Shown piece after piece: positions 38,160 to 47,713 of a stretch of 64,000 nucleotides of DNA. The position numbers and the translations under genes are program-made. The notes beneath the pieces are model-generated. The model saw nothing but the letters and a program-made list of their open reading frames with translations. It was not told the DNA's origin and ran no database searches. Source of the stretch: Polyangiaceae bacterium (GTDB taxonomy: Bacteria > Myxococcota_A > Polyangia > Polyangiales > Polyangiaceae); contig CBDCTZ010000005.1 of assembly GCA_965222375.1 (NCBI GenBank), positions 448,001 through 512,000 on the forward strand, in the 5' to 3' direction. Within the stretch, counting starts at the first letter, position 1; each line of letters opens with the position of its first letter.

Positions 38160-39485
38160 ATGAAATTCAGCGGTTATCTGGGCTGCGCAAGCGTGGGGGT
38201 CTTGATCGCATCGAGCGCGATGGGCGCTTGCTCTAGTGCCAACGAGGGTAACGAAGTCGGCGCGGGCACGGGCGGAGGCGCGGCCACCAGCGGCTTCGGA
38301 GGAACCGGAGCCTCGGATTCGGGCATCGCCTTCGACAGTGGCAACAACGACAGTGGCGGCGCGACGGATGCTTCCGCCTGCGGAAAGCTCCAGGCCGAAG
38401 CGAAGATCGAGGTCAAGCCCGTCGACATCATCTTCATCATCGACAATTCCTGCTCCATGAACCAAGAGGCGGCAGGCGTCGAACAGAACATCTCGACAAA
38501 CTTCGCTCAAATCATCAGCGCTAGCGGCGTCGACTACCGCGTGATCATGATCTCCGACAACGGGCCCACTTCGCAAGCCTCGCTCTGCATTGGCCCGCCT
38601 TTGGGTGGATCCATCTGCCCGACTACCGATGGCACTCCGCCGGGCAACAACCCTCCCCTTTTCTATCACTACGACAAGGGCAACGTAGAGAGCTGGGACG
38701 GTTGGTGCAAAGCCATGGCTTGGTACAACCAGCCCGACCAGCACACTTTGACCACGATCGGCTGGAAGGAATGGCTGCGCCAAGAATCCTTCAAAGCCTT
38801 CGTCTCGATCACCGACGACCGCGTCGACTGCAACGCCGCCGGGAGCAGTCCCGGCTCGTCGTGCTCGACCCCCGGGCCGAAGTGTTACGACGACAAGTCC
38901 AGTGCCACTTCTGGCATGGCCACGGCGCAGCAGTTCGACGCCGATCTGCTCGCCCTGGACCCTCTGCAGTTCGGCACTGTCGCCGACCGCAAGTACGTTT
39001 GGTACAGCATCGTCGGCGTGGCGCAGAACCCAGCCAATGCCACCGGGGCCTACGCGCCAACTGAACCGGCGACGGGCAGCAAATGCTCCAGCGCCCAAAA
39101 CACCAGCTACGGGAATCAGGCCCTAAGCCAAATCACTGGCGGTCTGCGCTTCCCGGTGTGCGACGGTAAGTACGACGCGGTGTTCCAGGAAATCGCCAAG
39201 GGGGTCATCGCAGGTGCGAAGCTCGCGTGCGAGTTCGATTTGCCGACTCCACCCGAAGGCAAGGAATTCGATCTCAACAGCGTCAGCGTGAATTACACGC
39301 CCGGCGGCTCGACCACCCCGCAGAACCTGACTCAGGTGCCGAATGCAGCAGCCTGCGCGCCTGGCAAGTTCTACATCGACAACAACCGCGTCTTCGTTTG
39401 CCCGAGCGCCTGCAGCCAGGTGCAGCAAGATCCCGATGGCAAGTTGGATGTCCTGGTCGATTGCGTGACGGACATTCCGAAGTAA
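38160..39485 (+). CDS. Cys-rich vWA/MIDAS lipoprotein, paralog 4 of 4
   Basis: Lipobox AMGA-C, DIIFIIDNSCSM, ITDD, ...DCVTDIPK. Confidence 0.85.
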   Translation: MKFSGYLGCASVGVLIASSAMGACSSANEGNEVGAGTGGGAATSGFGGTGASDSGIAFDSGNNDSGGATDASACGKLQAEAKIEVKPVDIIFIIDNSCSMNQEAAGVEQNISTNFAQIISASGVDYRVIMISDNGPTSQASLCIGPPLGGSICPTTDGTPPGNNPPLFYHYDKGNVESWDGWCKAMAWYNQPDQHTLTTIGWKEWLRQESFKAFVSITDDRVDCNAAGSSPGSSCSTPGPKCYDDKSSATSGMATAQQFDADLLALDPLQFGTVADRKYVWYSIVGVAQNPANATGAYAPTEPATGSKCSSAQNTSYGNQALSQITGGLRFPVCDGKYDAVFQEIAKGVIAGAKLACEFDLPTPPEGKEFDLNSVSVNYTPGGSTTPQNLTQVPNAAACAPGKFYIDNNRVFVCPSACSQVQQDPDGKLDVLVDCVTDIPK

Positions 39486-39646
39486 GCGAAGCATCACAGC
39501 GAGCGTCGGCACTCCGGCCAACTAGGGGTGCCCCAAGACTGCGGGCGGCTCATTGGCCACGGCTCAGGTTTTGGGGTCGCGGCACTCCTGCGTCGGAAGG
39601 GCACTACTCTCGCGCTGGTGCAGCAAGGGGCGCCGGACATCCGACA

Positions 39647-39690
39647 GAAGAAAAGCCCTCCCGGGCCACGAAGGGTCCCGGCGAGGGCTT
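39647..39690 (-). terminator. Intrinsic terminator of sodB
   Basis: Minus strand: AAGCCCTCGCCGGG...CCCGGGAGGGCTT followed by TTCTTC. Confidence 0.7.
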
Positions 39691-39716
39691 GACTGCCTAT
39701 TTCCGCGAAGCGGCTA

Positions 39717-40304
39717 CTAGGCCGACTTGAGGTTCTTCGCGACGAAGTCCCAATTGATCAGCTTGTCGCAATACACTTCGAGGAAGGCATTGCGGTTGTT
39801 GCGGTGGTCCAGATAGTAGGCGTGTTCCCAGACGTCCGTCGTCAAGAGGGGCGTGGCCTGAGTGGTCAGCGGCGTCTCGGCGTTGGGGGTATCGAGGATC
39901 TTGCCTTTGCCACCGTCCAGCACCAGCCAGACGTAGCCGCTACCGAACCGGCCGGCGCCCACTTTGATCCACTCGGCGCGGAACTTGTCGAAGCCACCGA
40001 AGTCGCGCTGAATCAGATCCGCAACATCACCCGCACCGGGGGCCCCGCCGCCCCCAGACTTCATGCCCTCCCAAAAGAAGGTGTGATTGTAGACCTGAGC
40101 CGCGTTGTTGAACACACCGCCAGAGCTGCTTCGGATCACATCCTCAAGACTCTTTTCAGCTTCGGGTTTTCCCTCCAAAGCTGCCTTGAGTTTGGTCATG
40201 TAACCTTTGTGGTGCTTCTCGTAGTGAAACTCCAGAGTCTCCTGCTTCATGACGGGTTCTAGGGCGTCCTTCGAATACGGAAGCGGGGGTACGACAAAAT
40301 CCAT
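39717..40304 (-). CDS. sodB: Fe superoxide dismutase
   Basis: HYEKHH, FNNAAQVYNHTFFW (AAQ is Fe-type), FGSG, DVWEHAYY. RBS AAGGAG. Confidence 0.95.
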   Translation of the reverse strand: MDFVVPPLPYSKDALEPVMKQETLEFHYEKHHKGYMTKLKAALEGKPEAEKSLEDVIRSSSGGVFNNAAQVYNHTFFWEGMKSGGGGAPGAGDVADLIQRDFGGFDKFRAEWIKVGAGRFGSGYVWLVLDGGKGKILDTPNAETPLTTQATPLLTTDVWEHAYYLDHRNNRNAFLEVYCDKLINWDFVAKNLKSA

Positions 40305-40540
40305 GTGAGCTACTCCTTATTGGTCTTTCTTGCCCCGAGGCCACAGGCATCACGGCAGCTACTTCGGCCGCAGCTGACGCCAGGGCTCCCCCTCGGGACG
40401 AGGGAGTATAGGGACGGCCCCCAGGATCAGCAACCGGCTCTCTGACGCGATCGTCCTGATAAAGCGACGTCGAAACAGCCAAGTTCGGCGCATCAGGCTT
40501 GCCGCCGGATCCATGGGCGTCTTAGGCTGCGCGCCCGAGG

Positions 40541-41011
40541 ATGGCCGAGACGGACCTATCGACGCCGACCGCTCTGGCACCCCTGCGCGACGAGGATGGC
40601 AGCGCCATCGTGTCACCGCGAGTCGTGCGGCGCATGTGCGTCATCGCGGAAGCTGCATTCACGACGCGGGTGGGCCCGCCGCCGCAGGCGCGCATGGACT
40701 GGCTCGCCCTCGAGATGGAGGACTACCTGGCGCGCTCCGGTTCGCGAACGCGCTTCATCCTCGGACTGGCAGTCTTGGCCGTTTGGCTCTTGGCCCCCTT
40801 GGGGGTGAAACGACTGACCTCGCTGGAGAGGATGAGTTTGGGCGACCGAATCCAAGCCCTGACTCAACTCGAAGCCGGGCGCTTCGGTGGTGCCGTACTC
40901 GCGGTGAAAGCGCTTTTGTGCGTCGTCTACTACGAGCATCCAAACGCCGCCGAAGAGATCGGATTCGATGGGCTGTGCCTGACCGAAGCGCGAGAGCGAG
41001 GGCTGCCGTGA
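40541..41011 (+). CDS. Small partner of a GMC oxidoreductase (gluconate-2-dehydrogenase subunit 3-like)
   Basis: C-terminal KALLCVVYYEHP...IGFDG; GTGA overlap with the GMC gene. Confidence 0.6.
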   Translation: MAETDLSTPTALAPLRDEDGSAIVSPRVVRRMCVIAEAAFTTRVGPPPQARMDWLALEMEDYLARSGSRTRFILGLAVLAVWLLAPLGVKRLTSLERMSLGDRIQALTQLEAGRFGGAVLAVKALLCVVYYEHPNAAEEIGFDGLCLTEARERGLP

Positions 41012-42537
41012 CGGAGATTGTGTCTGGGGCGGACCTGTCCGAGGACCTTTCTCTAGACACAGATGTGGTGGTCATCGGCTCCGGAGCCGGTGGCGCCGTG
41101 GTCGCTGCGGTTCTGGCCGAAGCGGGGCAGCGGGTCGTCATCCTGGAAGAAGGCCCCCACGTGCCTCCAGAGCGCTACGCGAAAATGCGCCCGACTGAGC
41201 ACATGCGGCATATGTGGCGGGACGGCGGCCTCACCTTCGCGGTCGGCCTGGGGGACACGCCCATGATCAACGTGATGATGGGAAAGTGTGTGGGCGGCTC
41301 CAGTGCGCTCACCGGTGGCGTTTGTTTCCGGATCCCAGGCCACATTCTGCACGAATGGTCCAACGACCTGGGCCTGACGGACCTGACTGAAGAGAAGATG
41401 CAATCCTGCTTCGAGACCGTCGAACGGGACGTGCACGTTGAGGAAGTGCCCCGAGACATACGCTCTCGGTCCACATCGCTGTTCGTGGAAGGCGCCGAGC
41501 GGCTCGGCTACGCGACGAAACCGGTGCGCCGCAACACCAAGGGTTGCAAAGGCTGCGGGCGCTGCAACTTCGGATGCCCCGAGGGCGCAAAGCTCAGCGT
41601 CGACATCACCTACCTACCCCGAGCCCTGGCCGCAGGCGCGTCGCTGTTCGCAGACTGCAGCGTCGAGGGGATCGAGAGAGACGGCGGCCGCGCCGTGGGC
41701 GTCCGTGGACGGCTCCTAGGCGGCCCCCGCCGAAAGCCCCAAGGTCGCTTTCACGTGCGGGCACGACGCGTCGTCGTCGCAGCCGGAGCCTACGCCTCAC
41801 CGCTGCTCTTGATGCGCAACGGCATAGGCGCCCGCTCCGGTCAGGTGGGAAAGAATCTCACGGTGCATCCGGCGTTCCGAGTGATGGCACGCTTCGACGA
41901 GCCGGTGCGTGGTTGGCAAGGTGCGCTTCAGAGCGCATACACGGACGCCTTCGAGGCGGATCGCATCACCATGGTGGGCCTCTTCGTGCCTCCCGGCGTG
42001 TTGGCGGCCACCATGCCGGGTGTGGGGCAGTCCTTGGCACGTCGTGCTGCAACCATCCCGCACTTGAGCATTTTCGGAGGGATGATTCACGACGACGGCG
42101 GCGGCGAAATCCGAGACCGGCCCCTCGTCGGTCCGCTGATGACCTACCGGATGAGCGCGCGAGACCGCGCCACGGTGCCGGTGCTGATGCGGCGCATGGC
42201 GGAGATCTACTTCGCAGCCGGTGCCAAGGAGGTCTTCTTGCCCATCTTGGGTCTCGGAGGCATCGATGCGGACCGACTCCGCACATTGGATCTCGAGCAC
42301 ATCAAAGGTAGTCAGCTGGAGTGTGGCTCCCAGCATCCGCTCGGTACCTGCCGCATGGGAGTGGCACCCGGCGACTCCGTGGTCGACCCTTTCGGAGAGA
42401 CCTGGGACCTGAGGGATCTCTATGTAGCGGACGGCAGCATCATCCCCACGAGTCTGGGAGTGAATCCGCAGCTGTCGATCATGACCATGGCGATGAGAAT
42501 CGCGTGGCACCTGCGCGAAACGCCACTACCTGCCTGA
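41008..42537 (+). CDS. GMC family FAD oxidoreductase (long-chain alcohol oxidase-like)
   Basis: IGSGAGG, VGGSSAL, CKGCGRCNFGC, HPLGTCRMG, DGSIIPTSLGVNPQ. Confidence 0.92.
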   Translation: MTEIVSGADLSEDLSLDTDVVVIGSGAGGAVVAAVLAEAGQRVVILEEGPHVPPERYAKMRPTEHMRHMWRDGGLTFAVGLGDTPMINVMMGKCVGGSSALTGGVCFRIPGHILHEWSNDLGLTDLTEEKMQSCFETVERDVHVEEVPRDIRSRSTSLFVEGAERLGYATKPVRRNTKGCKGCGRCNFGCPEGAKLSVDITYLPRALAAGASLFADCSVEGIERDGGRAVGVRGRLLGGPRRKPQGRFHVRARRVVVAAGAYASPLLLMRNGIGARSGQVGKNLTVHPAFRVMARFDEPVRGWQGALQSAYTDAFEADRITMVGLFVPPGVLAATMPGVGQSLARRAATIPHLSIFGGMIHDDGGGEIRDRPLVGPLMTYRMSARDRATVPVLMRRMAEIYFAAGAKEVFLPILGLGGIDADRLRTLDLEHIKGSQLECGSQHPLGTCRMGVAPGDSVVDPFGETWDLRDLYVADGSIIPTSLGVNPQLSIMTMAMRIAWHLRETPLPA

Positions 42538-42636
42538 CGGCAACGGCGTGGCGCTTGCTTGGAAGGCCATTACCCGCCTGGGAGCTGCAATTCTTGCCGC
42601 CTTTACCAACCGGCGGATCGTGCCCACACTAGGCGT

Positions 42637-43908
42637 ATGGCTCTACCCCGCCGCACGCTGTTGAAGTGGAGTGGCGCGGCCATCGCGGCCGCCCTGCCCG
42701 TTCCCTTCGTGCTGGCGAAGCGGCGCAGCGTGCCCAAAACTCTCAGCGCCGATCCGAAAGGAGTTTTGGATCTAGCGGCAGGGCTCAGCTATCAGGTGTT
42801 GAGCCGCACGGGAGAGTCCATGGCGGATGGCTATCGAGTGCCAGGATTGCCCGACGGCATGGCCTGCTTCGCGCAAGGAAAAAGCCGCCTGGTACTGATG
42901 CGCAACCACGAGATCGGGCGCTACCTCGGCCAGGGCGCTGCGCGGCCCGGGCAGAAGCCGCCCAAGGAGGCCTTCGACGCCAGCGCCCATGGCGGGGTGA
43001 CTCGCATCGTGCTCGACACCAAAAGCGGAAAGAAGCTCAGCGAAAACCTCGTCCTCACCGGCACCCTGCGCAATTGCGCGGGCGGCACCAGCCCTTGGGG
43101 CTGGCTGTCCTGCGAGGAGTCCATGGAGGACGGTCATGGCTACGTCTTCCTGTGCCGCCCGGAAGCCGAGAGCGTTCGCGCGCCGGAGCAACTGCTCGGC
43201 TATGGGCGCATGAACCACGAAGCGGCCGTGGTCGATCCAAAGACCCTCGTGGCCTACCTCAGCGAGGACCGAAGCGACAGCTGCCTGTACCGCTTCGTAC
43301 CCCACAGCCCCCAACATCCCTTCCGCGGCAAGCTCCAAGCCATGCGCCTCGTTGGCCGCCCGCGCTTCAACACGGCTCGGGGGATGAAGCTAGGCGAGAA
43401 GCTGGCCGTAGATTGGGTGGACATCCCGCAGCCCAACCCCAAGCAAGACACGGTGCGCAAACAAGCGCACGAACTCGGCGCCGCGAAGATCCGGCGCGGT
43501 GAAGGTCTGGCCATTCACGGCGGCCGTGTCTACCTGGTGTCGACGACCGGCGGCGCCGCGGGCGTGGGCCAGATATTCTTGCTTGATCCGGCAGCAGCCA
43601 AATTCAGCTTGGTAGCCGAGTCGCCCGGGGAGAGCGCTTTGGACTGTCCCGACAACATCACCATCGCCCCCTGGGGCGACATCATCGTTGCCGAAGACGG
43701 AAGCGCTGACCAATTCCTGCGTGGCATCACGCCCGAGGGTCACGTTTACGATATTGCGCGAAACGCAGGCAGCCGGGGCGAACTGGCCGGCGTGTGCTTT
43801 TCCCCTGACGGCAGCGTGCTATTCGTCAACCTGCAGCGCGAAGGGCTCACCCTCGCGATTCGCGGCGACGTAAAGGCTGTACGCAAGCGCGCGCGCCCCA
43901 TGGCCTAG
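42637..43908 (+). CDS. PhoX-family (DUF839) alkaline phosphatase, Tat-exported
   Basis: PRRTLLK signal; PDGM, RNHE, NCAGG..PWG.WLSCEE, GRMNHEA, EG, PDNI, EDG, GELAG, NLQ. Confidence 0.88.
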   Translation: MALPRRTLLKWSGAAIAAALPVPFVLAKRRSVPKTLSADPKGVLDLAAGLSYQVLSRTGESMADGYRVPGLPDGMACFAQGKSRLVLMRNHEIGRYLGQGAARPGQKPPKEAFDASAHGGVTRIVLDTKSGKKLSENLVLTGTLRNCAGGTSPWGWLSCEESMEDGHGYVFLCRPEAESVRAPEQLLGYGRMNHEAAVVDPKTLVAYLSEDRSDSCLYRFVPHSPQHPFRGKLQAMRLVGRPRFNTARGMKLGEKLAVDWVDIPQPNPKQDTVRKQAHELGAAKIRRGEGLAIHGGRVYLVSTTGGAAGVGQIFLLDPAAAKFSLVAESPGESALDCPDNITIAPWGDIIVAEDGSADQFLRGITPEGHVYDIARNAGSRGELAGVCFSPDGSVLFVNLQREGLTLAIRGDVKAVRKRARPMA

Positions 43909-43919
43909 CCACTGCGGGT

Positions 43920-44492
43920 CTAGCCAGAGCTCGGAACCGCGGACTCGAGCCCCTCGGCGACGGTCTCGAACGCAATGTGCTTTCGAACGGCTTGTGCAGA
44001 TTGGAGCTGGGTGTGACGCAGAAGACTCATGATTGCGCAGTCTGCGACGGCGAACATCGCCGCCTGCACCACGCTGCTTGGAACGAGCGCTGCGGCCTCA
44101 GGGTCGGCGGCGGATTCCAGCGCTAGAACCACAGCGGATAGCGCCGTGGCGCTAGCCGGATCCGGCAGCTCGATCGCCTTGAGTCGAGCCACCTTCGCTG
44201 GCAGTTCGGCCCAGTCCATCTCCCCTCGGGCGCAAGCCTCCAGGTTGTCGAGAGCGCGGGACGCCTCGGCGGAGTCGTCGAGCCACTCCAAACCGAGACG
44301 GGCGCACGCCGCTGCCGCAAGCGACCGCTGCTCGAGTGGCACGCCTGCTCGCACGGCGATGGCGAGCAGCCAGTCTCCCCGAGGGCACTCCGAGAACGCG
44401 CGCTGGAAATCCGTGTCGTAGCTCTCGGCCCAGGTCACGACATCGTGGTGAGCGCCCTGCCGTTGTAGGTATTCTGCCACCCGTTGCTGCAT
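43920..44492 (-). CDS. Hypothetical all-helical protein
   Basis: CPRGDWLL motif; normal codon usage. Confidence 0.65.
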   Translation of the reverse strand: MQQRVAEYLQRQGAHHDVVTWAESYDTDFQRAFSECPRGDWLLAIAVRAGVPLEQRSLAAAACARLGLEWLDDSAEASRALDNLEACARGEMDWAELPAKVARLKAIELPDPASATALSAVVLALESAADPEAAALVPSSVVQAAMFAVADCAIMSLLRHTQLQSAQAVRKHIAFETVAEGLESAVPSSG

Positions 44493-45339
44493 GAGCTCCG
44501 CGTCAACCTACCACGGCATCGACCTGCACTACGCCTGCGACCCCTCCGCCTTGCAGCGTGAGCTCCGGCTGCGCCTGAGGGAGCTATCTCTGGATGACGA
44601 AACACGCGGGTTCGTCGACTCGGCTCCCCGGCGCCGCCATGGCTGGCTGGTCTCCACCGTGCACCGGGGCTTGCGCCCCTTCTTGTCGGATTTCGACATC
44701 AACGGTTTGCTTGGCACCTATCCGCTATTTCTGTTGAGCAGAGCCCAGTGGCGGCAGCTGCTCGGCAGCGCTCCAGACCTGAGCGCCCTGGACATCGGCG
44801 CCGCCGCTGGCGACGTGACCCAGCGCTTCGCTCCGCTCTTCGGCGATGTGCTGACGACCGAGACCTCTCGGCCTATGGCGCGACGTTTGCGTCGACGCGG
44901 GATGCGATGCGAGGTGATCGACGCGTGCCAAGCACGGCTCCCAGGCGAACCCTACGATGTCGTGTTTTGTCTCAACGTGATTGACCGCTGCGATCGTCCC
45001 AAATCCTTGTTGCGCTCCGCTCTCGGCGCAGTGCGGCCTGGCGGCAGATTGGTTGTGGCGGCGCCACTTCCCTTGGCGCCGTTCGTCTACGACGGAGGCG
45101 CAACACGTGCGCCGAAGGAACCCATCGTCGCCGACGGCCCCAACTGGGAAACCTGCGTGGGGCGTCTGTGGCGCAACGTGCTCGAGCCCCTCGGCGGGAA
45201 CCTGATTTCCCTCACGCGCGCGCCCTACCTGTCCATGGGCGACAGCCGCAGTGCAATCTACGTCCTAGACGATGCCGTGTGGGTGATCCACCGACCTGCG
45301 GGCCCGGAGCGACTCGACGACGCCCCTCAAAGGCTCTAG
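44491..45339 (+). CDS. METTL9/DREV-like class I SAM-dependent methyltransferase
   Basis: INGLLG..LFLLS, LDIGAAAGDVT, TETS, YDVVFCLNVIDRCDRP, PYLSMGD...YVLDDAV match my recollection of eukaryotic METTL9. Confidence 0.82.
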   Translation: MSSASTYHGIDLHYACDPSALQRELRLRLRELSLDDETRGFVDSAPRRRHGWLVSTVHRGLRPFLSDFDINGLLGTYPLFLLSRAQWRQLLGSAPDLSALDIGAAAGDVTQRFAPLFGDVLTTETSRPMARRLRRRGMRCEVIDACQARLPGEPYDVVFCLNVIDRCDRPKSLLRSALGAVRPGGRLVVAAPLPLAPFVYDGGATRAPKEPIVADGPNWETCVGRLWRNVLEPLGGNLISLTRAPYLSMGDSRSAIYVLDDAVWVIHRPAGPERLDDAPQRL

Positions 45340-45349
45340 TCTTGAGCCC

Positions 45350-46840
45350 ATGGCACTTGGGACACGAAGCAGCTTGGTGTTGGCAGGGTTGATGGGAGCG
45401 CTGGCTCTGGCCTGTGGCAGTGAGGATGGCGCCAGCGGCCCCGGCGGCACCGGTGGTTCAGGCGCAGTTGGGGGCAGCGGCGGCGGTAGCGCAGGCACCG
45501 CAACCGGTGGCGGCGCGGGTACGGGCACCGGCGGCGGCGCTGGATCCACGAGCCAGCGCCCGGCCTACGACACCAAGGCTGCCGAGCGAGATTCCTGCAC
45601 CTTCGGCCCGGGCGCCAAGACCACGGAGACCATTGGGCCTGAGGTGCCCCACGGCGACGCCCTGCCCTTCGAGCACATCGTGGTGCTGATGATGGAGAAC
45701 CGAAGCTTCGACCACTACTTCTCGAAGCTTCCCGAATACGGGGTCACAGACGTCAAGGTCGCGAAGGACACGGACTTCAACCTCGACCCGAGCACGAACC
45801 CGCCCACGAAAATCGAGCGCTACCACGAGACTCGCTACTGCATCGAGGACGTGAACCACGAGTGGAACGGCGTCCACTTCCAGTATGACGACGGCAAGAT
45901 GAGCGGCTTCGTGTCCACGAGCAATCCCGGTGGTGGGCGCGCCATGGGCTACCACGACGAGACGGACATTCCCTACTTCTACTGGCTTGCGAAGAACTTC
46001 GGGATCAGCGACGCACATTACTGTGACTTGCTAGGGCCCACTTGGCCGAACCGCTTCTTCTTCTACGGCGGTACAGCCTGGGGCAACACCAAGACCGGCG
46101 ACTTGGCGTTCTTGAATCTGCCGTTCTTGGACAATGACCGCCATTCCAAGGCGGACAAGCTCATGGACCAGATGGAAGCCGCAGGGCGCACCTGGAAAAT
46201 CTATCGCGACGGCCTCGTATCTTTCGCAGTCGTATTCAAGCAAAACAGCGCCTACTTCGGCAGCCCGACCTCCGAGTTCGAAGCGGACGTCGACAACGAC
46301 GCGCTGCCGAACCTGGTCCTTCTGGATCCGAGCTTCACGGGTAGCGGCCAGAACGACGACCACCCTCCTGCCAACCTTCAGAAGGGGCAAGAGTACGTGG
46401 AGCGCGTGCTTGGCAAACTCATGAGCAAGCCCGAGGTCTGGAAGAAGACGGTGTTCTTCCTGATCTACGACGAGCACGGTGGCTACTACGACCACGTTCC
46501 GCCCCCCGCAGCCTGCGAACCCGACAACTGGGTACCTCAGGACTGGAAGTTCGATCGACTCGGGATCCGGACGCCGCTGATCGTAGCGTCACCCTTCGTC
46601 AAGCCGGGCTACGTGAGCCACATCACGACGAGTCTGACCAGTGTCACCCGATTCATCCAAAACCGATTCGACTTGCCCGCCATGACCATCCGAGACGCCA
46701 ACGTCTGGCCCATGCTGGACATGTTCGACTTCGACAACCCGCCCCTGGTCACGCCGCCCACGGGTGCGCCTTCGGCCAAGGCTGACCCCGCGGGCGTGCA
46801 GTGGTGCCAGAACAACCCGCCAGGCACCGGGTTGCCCTGA
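45350..46840 (+). CDS. Phospholipase C/acid phosphatase (phosphoesterase family) lipoprotein
   Basis: Lipobox LALA-C; HIVVLMMENRSFDHYF, GPTWPNR, DDHPP, YDEHGGYYDHVPPP, LGIRTP. Confidence 0.9.
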   Translation: MALGTRSSLVLAGLMGALALACGSEDGASGPGGTGGSGAVGGSGGGSAGTATGGGAGTGTGGGAGSTSQRPAYDTKAAERDSCTFGPGAKTTETIGPEVPHGDALPFEHIVVLMMENRSFDHYFSKLPEYGVTDVKVAKDTDFNLDPSTNPPTKIERYHETRYCIEDVNHEWNGVHFQYDDGKMSGFVSTSNPGGGRAMGYHDETDIPYFYWLAKNFGISDAHYCDLLGPTWPNRFFFYGGTAWGNTKTGDLAFLNLPFLDNDRHSKADKLMDQMEAAGRTWKIYRDGLVSFAVVFKQNSAYFGSPTSEFEADVDNDALPNLVLLDPSFTGSGQNDDHPPANLQKGQEYVERVLGKLMSKPEVWKKTVFFLIYDEHGGYYDHVPPPAACEPDNWVPQDWKFDRLGIRTPLIVASPFVKPGYVSHITTSLTSVTRFIQNRFDLPAMTIRDANVWPMLDMFDFDNPPLVTPPTGAPSAKADPAGVQWCQNNPPGTGLP

Positions 46841-46847
46841 CGCGCCG

Positions 46848-47582
46848 CTAGAAGTGATAGTCGATGGTGTAGGTCGTGCAGGCGTTCGCCTCGGTGACCC
46901 GCACGAACACTTCCGCGGAATCATTGTCCGTCGGAGTCCCGGTGCAGTCGTGATCCGCCTCGACTTCGCCCGGAGCCGTGATGCAGCAGCCCTTCAGGCC
47001 ACCCTGGATCGATTCCACGGTGCCGGATTTACACCCCTGGAGCACTGTTGCAGCCGGACAGCTCGGGAAGATGCAGAGCTTGAAGCCTGAGTCGTCGGTT
47101 TTCGCGGTGGCGTTGACCTGGCAGAAGCCGAGTTTGTCGACGCCGTCAAAGCGGTGATAGTCGATGTCGCCGGGGCCGGTGGTACCCATGATCGGCGCCA
47201 GCTTACCCTTGAACCCTGTCGACCCCGTGTCGTCGCAATCCTCGGCTTCGCAAGGGAAGGCGCCGCAAGCAGGGCTCGCGAGCGGAATGCTGTCATTCGG
47301 TTCCGGCCCCGGGTCGTTGCAGCTATTGCCACCTGTGCCAGCGCCGGCGCTTCCACCGCTGGCGCCGCCTGCGCCGGCACTGCCGCCCGTAGTGGCTCCG
47401 GACGCGCCGCTCGTGCCACCACTGCTGCCCGCGCTGCCAGAGGCACCTCCAGAACCGGAGGACGCCGCCTGTCCACCGCTGCCGCCGCTGGCCGTCGCGG
47501 GATCGGCGTCGCTTCCGCAACCCTGGGTCAATAGCAGGGTCGAGCTGAGGGACAGGACGAGGGCAGTGGCTCCGACACGCAT
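46848..47582 (-). CDS. Gly/Ser-linker, Cys-rich lipoprotein
   Basis: Lipobox LTQG-C; EPND and DIDY motifs; about 10 Cys. Confidence 0.7.
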   Translation of the reverse strand: MRVGATALVLSLSSTLLLTQGCGSDADPATASGGSGGQAASSGSGGASGSAGSSGGTSGASGATTGGSAGAGGASGGSAGAGTGGNSCNDPGPEPNDSIPLASPACGAFPCEAEDCDDTGSTGFKGKLAPIMGTTGPGDIDYHRFDGVDKLGFCQVNATAKTDDSGFKLCIFPSCPAATVLQGCKSGTVESIQGGLKGCCITAPGEVEADHDCTGTPTDNDSAEVFVRVTEANACTTYTIDYHF

Positions 47583-47713
47583 GGGTACCTCCAAAGCAAT
47601 GCCCGCTCAGCTTATCACGCCCGCCCGAGCACACCGGTCGACGGCGAAAAGCCCTGGGCCGAAGGAAAAAACTCACATATTTCCGGAATCCCGACCCGCA
47701 CCCGCTGTAGATC

